The notes below the pieces were generated by a model. It saw nothing but the letters and a program-made list of their open reading frames with translations. It made no database searches and was not told the origin of the DNA. Source: Paraspadella gotoi (Eukaryota > Animalia > Chaetognatha). From it: a stretch of DNA of 64,000 nt. The first letter of the stretch is position 1. Every line of letters starts with the position of its first letter. A program made the translations under genes and the position numbers. Positions 1 through 31,137 of the stretch are shown one piece after another. The DNA lies in NCBI GenBank assembly GCA_051294375.1, contig CM119266.1:25002659-25066658 (forward strand), read 5' to 3'.

Positions 1-14398
<14,398 letters not shown>

Positions 14399-15209
14399 CC
14401 CAATGATTTGTTTTGAACACAAAATATTCTAAAGAATTAAAATTGCACGTATATATTAAAAAAAATTTAAACACTGTTTAAGATTTGATATAGAGATTAA
14501 GGAGTCAGCTAACTATTTAAATTGAAAGAGGGTTCGAACGAATGGGCTTGAAGCTATTCAAAGATTTATGTTAAGTTTTGTCAGGAGAGAAGTATCAAAA
14601 ATCAAATACGAAGTTGGAAGATCCAATTTACCTATTGAATTTGAAAAATGAAAGTGAAACCGTTTTTTGCGGTTAATCATTTGTTTTTTACTTTGTAATT
14701 TTCATTTTTAACTTACAACTGAAGTGACCTCTATATTTTAAAAGCGTTAATCTAGTGTTCATTTTTTTTTCGCGATGTCGAATTTCGTGCTTTTCGTAAC
14801 TCAACATGGGCCAGAAAAAAACTGGGATTTCATGGGTTTTAAGGTTGTCATAACAACGCAAAGCTCTGGAACTACCATTAACAAACTCTCGTTTTGTAAA
14901 AGAAATAATCGAAAGATAAAAATGATTTTCTTGAAAAAAAATTAATTTCATTCATGGCGATGTTTTTCTTCATGGAAAAAAATGTTTTTTATTTTTTTTA
15001 ACATTTTTAGCATTATAAATTCTAGGTCGCAATTGAAGTTGACTTAAACATTTAGATTTTTCTTAACACTCCACAAAGACTCCACATAGACTCCACATGT
15101 CAGGAACAAACTCTTGTGGAATCTCGATTGGATCTTTGTGGAAATCCCTGTAAACATTTGTGGACTTGAAAACTTGAAAACTACAAGAAAGACAACGACA
15201 AGGACGAAG

Positions 15210-17981
<2,772 letters not shown>

Positions 17982-18172
17982 AGTTACGATTGCATAATTG
18001 ACCTAATTTTTACAATTCATACACCGTGTACTAACTATACATACTTACATATCTCAAGGCAAATATACATTATTTGTAAAATTATTATTCTTTAGAATTT
18101 TATATCGTTTGCTCTATGTCGGACCGTAGGAATATTTTCATTCATATCCAGAAAAAGAAGAACTGTCTTCAT

Positions 18173-18185
18173 GTCGCTTGGCAAC
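18173..18185 (+). promoter_or_regulatory. RFX X-box-like motif upstream of CLHC1
   Basis: GTCGCTTGGCAAC resembles the X-box consensus GTNRCC-N0-3-RGYAAC, ~125 bp before the ATG of a cilia-associated gene. Confidence 0.55.
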
Positions 18186-18308
18186 GAAACAAACTTGAGA
18201 AATGAAAACTTGATAAAAAAAAGTTAATCTGCAAATCAAATCCGAATTAAAAATCGCCCTAATTTTCGGGAAGCAAAAAAATTGTCGTCTTTTTAAAAAG
18301 GAGTAAAA

Positions 18309-21300
18309 ATGTCGATAGATGATAACGAACGAACAAACTCGTCGCAGTCGTCGTCGTCGTCGTCGTCGTCATCAAAACGCCGCTCGTCGATCCGTAGTCG
18401 CCTTTCCGGCGCCGATAACATGGTCGGCGCCGCCGGTAACGCGCCGGGAGATAGTAGGGCGTCATTCTCGATCGCTGACGTTCTACGTCGGGAAGAAAAC
18501 TTCGCGTCGGAGCTCGAGCGGCAACTCGACGAAGAATTAAAGATTTTGGAAGGTAAAGAACGAAAAAAGATCCGAGGAAACAAAAGAACAGATGGCGCTA
18601 AACTTCTTCCCTTCGCCCCTCCCTTCCAACCCCCCTCTCCCAAGCCACGCCCCATACATCCGACGATACGTTCGCCATCTACGGGGACGCCTTTGACCGC
18701 GTTATCGATCACGCGACGCACACCAAGCGCGTGTTGAGTCTCGTCAAGCGGGAGTACGATCGATGCGTCGCTTCTCTGAAGTCAGCCCACCGGGAGTCCG
18801 CCTTTCTCACGGGCCACTTGAAAGCCAAGGTTGATCTGATTATATTTGATATGATTCGATTGATTTAATGGTTGATCCGATTGCTTCGTCAGGTTTGTTT
18901 CATTTGTTTGATTTTAATTGATTTATTTAATTTAGTTGATTTAATTTAAGTTGTAGATTCGATTGATTGATTCGATCGATTTATTGATCGATGTGATTTG
19001 ATATGATTTGATATTATTGATAGCAGTTGATTTGATTTAATTTGTTGATTTGATCGATTCGATCGATTTTATTTTCTTTTCTTCAACCACATAGGCGGCA
19101 GAACCGGCCACCGCCCGCAACTATCGGGCGAGAATCACCGACCTCGAGGAAAATATCAGGTTGTGGACCCTGAGGCACAAAACTGTTTGACTCCGATCTT
19201 TGTGCTTTACTTTCTCAACTACTCAATTCCCGCTCCTCCACTCCCAGATCGATCCGAGAGGACAACGTTCGCATCCTTGAGGAGCTGAAGGAGCTTCGCG
19301 ACCGCCGCGGGAAAGAGCACCAGCGACTCCGCCTGGAGCGGGAGACGGCCAACAGTAGCCAAGAGTTCACCGACACGGATTTGGCGCCTGGACTCTCGTT
19401 GGAGGAAGCCACGGATCTCAAAAGTAGAGATGGGTTTTAAGGGAAGCGGGAAGAAAAGTCTGAATGGACAGATAGACAAGAGAGTATGGCAACAGTCGGA
19501 TTGCCTGTGATGCCCATTGCGATGGGTCATCTCACTGTTGGCTTTGGGGGCTACCGACCCTCAGTGACAAGGGATCAATTTTGATTGAGTGTTTTGCTCC
19601 ATCACAAACTATGTCTTCGGGAGTTCCGAAAGATTATTTTCCCTTAGTTAGTTACCTGTCCCTATGATCCGGTTAAAGGAATGCCGCGGTGGATATACAC
19701 TAAACACTAAACACATTAAATAGGCCAATTGAGATTTTGAAAGAACCTTTCCGACAGGGGCTAGAACCCGGGAACAGTTACGCCGGATGATATTTCGATG
19801 TATCTACGATTCTACATATCTTCGCTTTCCCACCTCCAGACCTAAAGAAAAAGTCTCAGGAGCTCGCCTCAACGCTCTCCCACCTGCGCGAGCTGCGGCG
19901 GAGCAGCTTCCAGCCGCGCGAAAACAAGGAACGTACGAAGGCGGCCCTGCTGACTAAGATGGCGGCGATCGATGAAGCAAAAGCGGGGATTTTGGAGACG
20001 AGGCGGAGGAGGTCGAAGGTCAAGTTGGCCGTGGAGGCTGCGGAGGCTTTTATCTCGGTAGTTGTTGTAGTAGTTTGTTTGTTGGGGGAAAAAACTATTT
20101 TTTAAAATTTATATGATCTTTTGTTTTTATTTCTAGGCTCCGCCGATAGGCGTCACCATCGGCGAATACGTGATCGGCGCCTTAAAAGGCGCCAGGAAAT
20201 CTTCGGCGCCGCCGAAATTCGTCAGTCTCGACCAAATGGACCTCATCGGAGATTTCGCGGGCGACAGGTTTGCCTGCAATATTCATTTATTAATATTTTA
20301 TCTATAAATGTTCTATCATTTCTTGTCTGTACAGAGAGGGTTCCGCTGCTCAGATTCACGACGAGAAAGAAGCAGAAGCGCTGATGGAATACATGCAGCA
20401 GTTCACGCTCCTTTTCGACAGGTTGTTGAAAAACATAATATAAACTATCGAAAATCAATAAATCATCATCATTAAGAAAGCAATCAATCAAACAACAAGA
20501 TTAATCGATCAATCAATCAATCATTCGATTAAAAAAGTAAATAAACTCGATATTTAAACTCCCGCAGCCAAAAATACGCGGAGGCGGCAACCTGCGCTGC
20601 CAACAGTCCCAAGGGAATCCTGCGTAACTTTGAAACGCTGACTCGTTTCAAGGAAGCGTCGAAAAAGGCTGCAGAGGAGGCGTCGACGACCGGCTCGGGG
20701 AGATCCACCACCGTCAAGTCCGCCAAGTCGGTCAAGTCGTCGGCGAAGACGACGGATCTCGGCACCTCTTCACCAATGCTGCTCTTTTGTCAAAGTCTCC
20801 TGGTGGCGGTGAGTGAAATCCATATAATTTAATAAATTGTATGTAATATATATTTATATTAAGACTAGCATATTGCGCATCCAGGTGGGCTTGGAAGGCG
20901 GCCGACTGGATTCTCGCATGAGCCTCGAGTGCGTAAAGGTGGCGCTGGACGAAGGGAGGCTCGAACTCGCGACTCACTGGATCGCCAAAGGAAAACTTCA
21001 TCTCTCCACCGAGTTGGGGGAGGTGCTTTTGAACCACGCCATGTCGGAGGGTGAGAAGGATGAAGTTGTTTTTGTCTTCCCTGTTGTTTTCCTCATATTC
21101 AACTTCCTTTTTTTTGTGTTTTTTTTCGTTGTTGTTTCAGTTTTGGTTGTAGATGATAAAGATGATAATGATCCATTTTTGGCAGAATTCTCCAGCTGGA
21201 CGACGATGTTGGAGGTGGTGGCGTTGGCTCAGCACGTCTTCCAGTCCGTCGAGAATCATCGGATGACCGCCGAGTGTCTCATGATGCAGGTGGCGTTGAC

Positions 21301-22062
21301 GTCGTTCAAATATGAAATCTCGATGTTCAATTGTTTTTCATTTTAAACATTTTCATTCTTTCTTCGAATTTTCAATTCAATTAGTTTCCTCTTTTTATCG
21401 TATCAGTTGTTTTTTTAAAATTTTGATAGTTTTTTTCCTTCCCTTTTTTTTTAACTCAGTTTTCCTTCCTTTTCTCTTTATCTCCATTTACTTTTTTCTC
21501 TTCTTCGACCTACACCCATTCCTCCTTACCACAGGGCCTCACCCGCGCCTTCGTCTCCCACTGCCGCGTCCACGGCGCCGCCTTCGTCGCCGCCGATTAC
21601 ATCCGGTTCTTCGTCGCCTCCGTCGACATTTCCGTCCGCTTGGCGTCGTTGACGTCGGCGTCGTCGTCTACGTCCTCGCAACGGCGCCGTATGCTCGTCG
21701 ACGCCGGTTACGTCCTGACTACGCCGGACGCCGGACTTAGACCGAACAGTGCCGTCGCGTTGGCGCTGGGTAGAGTAGTGGGCGTGGCGTTGGACGCCGA
21801 ATTGAAGGAGGTCGTGTTGAGGTTGATGAGGAAGATTGACAATTGGTCGGGGACGACGACGACGACAACGACGACGACGATTGAGTCTCTCATTAAAAGC
21901 GACGACAGCGACGTGGACTGGAGTCTCGTGGCAAAACTGGTTCGAGATTTCGGATACCCTGATTTGGCGGAGAAGATCGATGCGTCGATAGGCGGCGTCG
22001 GGGGCGTAGAGGACGGAGGCGCCGAGTTCCTTCCTTCAAATGAGGAGGATCCGGATTCCTGA
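18309..22062 (+). CDS. CLHC1: Clathrin heavy chain linker domain-containing protein 1 homologue
   Basis: Spliced exons give IYGDAFDRVIDHATHTKRVLSLVKREYD...LTGHLKAKAAEPATARNYRAR (CLHC1 N-terminus), YAEAATCAANSPKGILRNFETLTRFK (clathrin linker) and SLECVKVALDEGRLELATHWIAKGKLHLSTELGEVL; stop at 22060-22062. Confidence 0.88.
19486..19569 (-). mobile_element. 3' fragment of family A TRIM LTR in a CLHC1 intron
   Basis: tatggcaacagtcggattgcctgtgatgcccattgcgatgggtcatctcactgttggctttggggg...cctcagtgac is nearly identical to the reverse complement of the 3' end of the LTRs at 51077-51819. Confidence 0.85.
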
Positions 22063-22089
22063 ACAAAGATTAAAATAAAAGTAACATTC

Positions 22090-22345
22090 TATGGCAACGG
22101 GAGGATAGCCGGTGATACCCGGGGCGCGGGGTATCTCACAAACTGGCATAGGGGCTGCGGAACCTCAGTGACCGCCTCCTGTCACTTGCATGTTATACCG
22201 GCGCCGTCACATTTAAGCCAGAACCGGGATACCCAGGGATTGAACCCGGGACGCACAGATGGAATGAGATGATTTAGCCTGCTCAGCCATTGAGACGAGG
22301 CTGAGGACGGACAGCAGTGAGGCAGCTTTAAGTCTTGCTGCCACA
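22090..22345 (-). mobile_element. Solo LTR of family A TRIM (diverged subfamily) with internal tRNA-type Pol III promoter
   Basis: Minus strand reads tgtggcagc...gttgccata; exact 4-bp TSD attc (22086-22089 and 22346-22349); A box TGGCTGAGCAGG and B box GGTTCAATCC; same hairpin layout as the 51077 LTR. Confidence 0.85.
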
Positions 22346-22555
22346 ATTCGTTAGATTAATAGTCTCATTTGTTACTTTTCGTATCACCAGCTTCGTTGTT
22401 TTGCCTTTATTTTTTTTTTTTATTTTGTTTTTCCAACTTCTTTGTCATTCCTTTTATTTTTCGTTGATAGCAAAGATGCCGATTTCTTCCTTCCAAACTT
22501 TCCGAAAATCCGTCGGCGGTCATTTTGCCCAGAACCGGAGCTTCGGCGAATCGAA

Positions 22556-23450
22556 ATGTTCGAATTTGCAGCGCCGCTTGGTACCGAGCGGGCGCCCAAT
22601 CTAGCGCCGCAGATTCGATCGCTCGTCTCGCCTAATCTCGCTCCGCCCGATTTTCCGTCGCCGAGAAGCGGGAGTTTCAAAGGCGCCAGTTTGATCAAAA
22701 ACAACAGCAACAACATCAAAAATTTAGACTCTGACGGAAAACGGGTCAACTTTCCGGAAATTTTCCGCCCGGACGTCAGGTGGCGGGAGAATTACCGGAC
22801 GTCGACCTTCGCGGATCCGTCAACGAATTTGGCCGGATTCTTGCCGAAAATCGAGACCGGAAATGTCTCGGCGACGACCGGTTCCGGGGAAGACTGTTTC
22901 TTGCGACTCAAGAAGCTCGAGTTGAAACCCGCGCCGCCGCCGCCGAGGAGAAACAAGGCCTTCGTCAAAGGCGGTGAAGAAGCCTCTTGTTTTTGTTTTG
23001 TTTTTATAAATCTGCGATGATTTTTACTTAGTAAATTACAAGTAATTTATTTTTATCGATTATTAAAATTACTGTGCAGTTTTTTCGTCGTCATTTGCAT
23101 CTGCGCTAAAAAAAGTCAGCAACGACGTCGACGAAGACGACGACAACGAAGGCGAAATGGCCGTTGCGCCTCTGATCTCGATTCGGACAGGAAGGAGAGA
23201 AGTCATTCATTCAAAGTGATTGATTGATTGATTGATTGATTTATTGATTTATTAATTAATTAATTATTCGTTTTATTTTTATTTATCATTGTTTTTAAAT
23301 TCATCTCTTGCCAGGCACGGCATCCATCATCCTCTCAATTTTGACGCCGTGACGCCGACGGCTCATTTGTCAAAAACAAAATTCGGGCGCCTCTCTAACG
23401 CCAAGCGCCGCACGACGCCGACGGATGGGGCGCCGCCCTTTTTTGCTTCT

Positions 23451-23486
<36 letters not shown>

Positions 23487-24782
23487 GTTTCCCCGGGTGA
23501 CTCAAAACCTACGACGACGACGATAACGACGAAGGCCAAAAAGACGAAAAAGAAGAATAAAAAGTGGACAAAGGGAGATATCGGCGCAGCGCCGCGTCGG
23601 TCGCAGCCAGCGGCGGCAGCCGCGGCGGCGACGTCGACGGTCGTTCGTCTTCTCAGCCAGAAACTTTCGTCACTCAGCGTCTACAGAAAGTCAAAGGCGC
23701 CGGGAGAAGACGGCGCGACGTCACCGACGACGACGAACAAGCGGCGTCGCGGGAACGCCCTCGCCGGATTTTTCGTCTTCGGATCGAAAGACGCCGGAAA
23801 GGTAGCGGCGTCGTCCGCCATGTCCGTCGTCGGCGCCGCCAGCGTCGCGGAGGCAAAAGTCCCCGTCATTCGGGAGAAATTCCCGTCGAGCCTCAAAGCG
23901 GCCTCTGCCGGCTCCGGCGCCACAAACGCCCTCCTCCTAACGCCCGCCAAATCCGCTTCAAACTCGAGCGCCATCTCGTCGCCGGACAAATCTAAACTTA
24001 TCGCGGGAAAAAGGAGAAAGCACAAAATGGAGGGAAACAACAACGATGACGACCTTGTCAACGATGGCGACTCCATGAGAGTTGACGGACTGCAGGCGCG
24101 GACGGCGGCGTCCCAGTCGTACCGACCTTCGTTGAAGAAGACGGCGGCTGCGGCGGCGGCGGCGGCGGCGACGCCAGCGGACGTTTTGAGGAGAAGCAAA
24201 CCCGTGAAGATTTACTTGTCGCACAAACAGGTGTGGTTTGTGGTTGATCATTGTGGTTTTCCTTCTTGTTTCCCACTGTTTGACTTCCCGTTCGACGTTA
24301 CGAATCTTAAATTTCAAGTTTGAGATTTTATTTTTAATAAGAAATTTCTTAATTAATTATTGTCAACGTGGTTGACTGTAAATGACACGCAAAGTAACGA
24401 GTTTCAAATGCCCTACCCTCTCGTCATCCAGACCGAAGACGTCCGCGCCGAAAACGGCGCCTTTCTCCCCGGCGCTCCTCCCGCAACTCCCGGCGCCACC
24501 TACGCCCCTTACGTAGAGTACGTTGCGCCCCTGTCGGACGTCAAGAGTCAGCGCCAGCTGCGGCAGGAGTTGGATGCTCTGGAGAAAAAACAAAAGAACG
24601 TCGAGGAGAGAAAGAGGAGCAAAGAGGCGGCGAGGGAGAAGGAGAGAAAGAGGGAAGAGGAGGAGGAGAAGAGGAGGAGGAGGAGGAACGAGATCTATCA
24701 TCTCAACGATATCATGGAACAATTGGAGTGGAAGAATTTCGCCGAGTTTTGTCGGAGTCGAGGAATCGCGGGGGAAGTTTAG
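22556..24782 (+). CDS. Large Ser/Ala/Lys-rich low-complexity protein with C-terminal SVBP-like motif
   Basis: Phase-consistent exons ~22556-22973, 23080-23215, 23315-24230, 24432-24782; start uncertain (an acceptor lies at 22470). C-terminus RRRRRNEIYHLNDIMEQLEWKNFAEFCRSR. Confidence 0.72.
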
Positions 24783-25559
24783 AGCAAAAAAAATGTTGTT
24801 CGTTCGTTGCACCACTCATTTGAATATTTTATTAGGACCAATTGCCACGATACCTTGCCAGTTTTTCCATTTGTCTAGTTAATTATGTTTTGTAAAACCG
24901 CATGATTTGAAAATGATGACCGCGACGATATTTTTCTTTTTTTTTAATTTTTTTTTAAATTTTTCACGATAAGGATCATTCTATTTACTTTTTTTTTTTT
25001 GCTTTGGATGTTCAGATATTCACAATATTCATCTCTCTTCCTGTGTTTTTTCCATTGATGATAATTTTGATTTCTTAATAAGTTAATACACACCATCCAC
25101 GCGACTTCAAATCTTACAAAATCATGTTAAATGTTATTCGTAATCGATTCTAGGAGATATTTTTTTTTAAATGCGTTGTCGCGCAAAAAATCCGCAGTAA
25201 TTTTTTGGGGTTTTTTTTTAATTATTTTTTTTCCGAATGTAAACAAAGAATGAGCGACGAATGGTTTTGGTTTTTCGCGACGACTGTCCTCGTTTTCTGC
25301 TTTTCCTTTTTCGTCTCGCAACTCGTCTTTCTGCGTGTAGGGTTGACACCGTTGTGAACTCTCGTTTTTAGGGAGGGCGTGATCAAAAGAAATTTTATTC
25401 ACGCCGAAGGGGCAACAACATTAAACACAACGTCGAGAAACCACGACCATGTGAGAAAACGCCGCTCAAAGACGGCGATAGAGGGCGACCTGAAAGCGTC
25501 GAATTCTCCATCTCTTCTTATCTCACTCGATCTCGTTTGAAGCGAACAGCGAGGTCACC

Positions 25560-27792
<2,233 letters not shown>

Positions 27793-28439
27793 AGGGGAAG
27801 CGGGGAGCAAAAATACCTTCGTACATAATCAAAAACTACAACGAGAATATATATAATACATGTTTAAAAAATATCCCCTAGAATATTATGCTTTTTGTTG
27901 AGGCAAGAAATAATCGATGGCCTGATAAGGTTCGATTTTAAGTTCAAAATGTTTATATGAAAATATTTTTTCAAAAGAATTTTAGTGAATATTTTAGAAT
28001 TTTCCTTTTATAATGAAGGGAATAAACTTATCTCTCAATTTAAAATCATATAGAGTTATTCAATCTCATTTGCGTAATGCAAAAATTTCTACAATGTTTT
28101 TTTTTCATAATTTTACTGAATCAAAAATTGTCTACAACATATTTGTGAGCGAGCGCGAGAACAACTTATTATTATTACGAACATGACACATTTCGGCCAA
28201 ACTGTAAATGCAAACTCGATTTACAAGCTCAAAAATCTTACAACTCGCAATGATCACGAATTTTGAAAAGTTAATTACGTACATGAAACAATATTCATTT
28301 AAGGAACTCAGAACTTAACACATTTCAACATTAATTTGCCAGTAAATCAGGAAATAAAACAGGGGTATGTAATGAGAGTTTGATTGATGAGCTCTTTTCC
28401 CCAAAAAAACACACACACACAATCCAAAGGAAAAAAAAA

Positions 28440-30559
28440 TTATATCCGGTTGAGAACACAGTGCGGATTCACTTTGAATTCCGCTTGCGCCTCGTGGCAG
28501 AGTGACTCGTACTCTCCCGCCTCCTTGATCTGTTCCAACGCTACTGGGAACCAGTGGGTAAGTTGCGAACCCTTTTTGGAGAGAAGGCCAGCGCCATCGA
28601 TGGCGCAGTGAAAGGCGTTGACGCTTTTGTCTCCGGTCACGTTGACGAAGTGTTGGGACGTTTCTTCGTCGAACCGAGGTATAAGCAATGCGTCTACCTG
28701 AAGGAGAATTACAAATAAAGACGCAAGAAAAAAGCTTTTAAAAAATAAATAAGACAAATAAACTTTCCGGAAACTGAAAAATACGAACGAAAAAGGCATA
28801 TAGGTACGAATAAGACAAAAGATAGATACTAAGTTTCTATTATCACTATTGAAATGAAAACAGTCGAATACTTTCTGGATCATCCTCAACTTTTCTGCTC
28901 TGAGATATACGTATAACTTTAGAGAAGTCACAATTCCAGAATCAACAACGGCCTCACCGATCCCGTCTTCAACCCCTCGACGGCGGCGTCGACGTCTTTG
29001 AACTTTTGCGAGGAGAGAATCCGGATTCGATTGTGATTTAAGCAAGAATCGTCCGCGTAGAATCCAGCCAGCTACGTGATTATTAGAAGTACGTGAAATG
29101 ACATTAAAAAAAACTATAATTGATTAAGGATTTTAATTCTTTTAAAAAAAAACTCGGAACGTTCAAAAACACAAGGATTTATTCAAATACCATTCCAACT
29201 TTTTTCGTTGACATTTGATTGGTGGGAAAACTTGTGGTTAAATCCACAAAACGCGAGGTGATTCTGTGGTAAAAAGGAGCGAATGCGGCGAAAGAGTTGA
29301 TGCGTTCGACGGACTTAAAAAATCCCACGCAGGCGTCCACCCAATTGGCCATTAATGCTCGGCCCCGTGCTAAAGAAAAGACGTTTATAACTCATTGTCA
29401 TTGACATTGTGAATGATAAAAGTAACACATGTAATACAAAAACTAACTTTACCCTTATCTTTGTTTCGAAACGTGTCAAAAAGTTTCCTCATTTAGACCA
29501 AGCTTGTACAATGTACATGAGCTTGTACACAATGTACAGAAGCTAACCTTGTACAATGTACATGAAAATACGTACACGTTTCCGGATCGTGGCAAAATTC
29601 TGACAGGACCAACACGTGTCGACAGTTCATTCCCGCCCGCTGGCATACGGCATCAACAATGTTGATAGAGAGGCCGCGCAGAACCCCTTTGTCGAGAAAA
29701 CTGTACGGTTTGTAGTTAGGAGGATATCCGAAAACCCTGTCGCAATAATTTTCTTTGCTCAGTTAGAATATTGACACGAATTTTACAAATATTCCAATCA
29801 CATACGCACCAGACATGTGATGCCGGGTCAATTTCTGGTTCAAAATCTTCAATCTCTTGCGTCGTTTTCGTATTAACGTCAACCCCCAGTGGCGTGGAGA
29901 CGTCAGCTGGTAACAATGGGATATTATTTGATAACTCCTCACCGTAAATTCATCAGAAAAATTTTTAAAAAGAATAGAAAGATGATATGAAATTGGTACA
30001 ACCAATATAAAAATTATCCATTCATTTAATAAATAAGCTATCTTGTCCCTGACTTTGGACAGGCTTTGGTGGTTTAAGGCCTCCATCACTCTTACAAGAT
30101 AATGACATAGCAGGTCCCTGCAAGCTTTCAATCAAGGCTCTCTCACAGTCTCGTTTATTTACTCCCAGAGTACCTGGCTTCCCTATCAATGAAGTGGTAT
30201 AATATTTCAAAGAATGTTTCAATTGTATGAAAAGACCACTCCCTTAAGTATTAGATCGGCGAATACTTATTGTACTCCGCACTAGCATCAAAATACAAAG
30301 AGCTGAATTTTATGAAATATACTATTCAAGTTAGAAATCGAATTTAACTAACGTTAATGTTTACTAACAGTAACGTTATTTCATGTCGTTTCATGTCACG
30401 GTTTCATTTTTTACCTGGTCGAGTAAAAGTAATGATGATTGCGACGATGGAGGCCACCAACGAAAAAACGGAAAAGACCTGAGAGAGTCGGGCGCTCGGG
30501 CCGTCATGCACGTGAATGGTTTGCGCCTGCAGGCGAGACATTGCCTCCGCCGCTTTCAT
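28440..30559 (-). CDS. Membrane-anchored periplasmic-binding-protein type 2 (SBP family 3-like) protein, paralogue 1
   Basis: N-terminal hydrophobic anchor QVFSVFSLVASIVAIIITF; YKPYSFLDKGVLRGLSINIVDAVCQRAG; ALMANWVDACVGFFKSVERINSF; KKVGMLAGFYADDSCL; AVEGLKTGSVDALL; multi-exon. Confidence 0.78.
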
Positions 30560-31137
30560 GATGTTATTATCGATGATTACAAGTACTGGGTCATGTCATG
30601 TCGTTGAAGGAATGATCTGAATTGTAAAAGGGCTGTCTGCTGATGGACTGTCTGAGGAAAGAATAACGAGTCAAACCGGTTTGCATAAGATCTGCGTCAT
30701 TTCATGTGACTGAAGATTACGTTTACAGTCTTAATGAGTCCTCACGTTTTGTCGTAGGTATCACAAGATAAGATACGGGTCTCAATATCATGCTGACTAT
30801 AAATTAAAAAAAAATTGTATTTTAGGGCATTGTTTTCCTTCTTTTTGTTTTTGTCGGATAAATAGACATTACGCAGTTTTTTTTTTGTTTTTTTTTTGAC
30901 ATTATTTAGCGACAAGATACTGCCAGAAGTAATTGTTGAAAAGAGATTATATTTACAAAGTATAAAAATATGTTTAGTTTAATCGTTGAATCGCTCGATA
31001 TTTCTCTTTCGGAATTCGAAGACAATATGAATATATCACACTTTGCACAAAATTGATAGGTTTTCATAAAGAGAAGCTCCTAAAAAGAATATTTGACAAT
31101 TTGTACAATGAATATTAGTAATACGCTTCAATCCTTC

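Noticed and set aside
22230-22295. tRNA gene or tRNA-derived SINE
   Set aside because: A and B boxes are present but there is no full cloverleaf or A-tail, and the segment lies inside an LTR bounded by a 4-bp TSD.
30022-30290. GC-richer segment in intron 1 of solute-binding paralogue 1 as another solo LTR
   Set aside because: No matching TSD and no second copy in the window.
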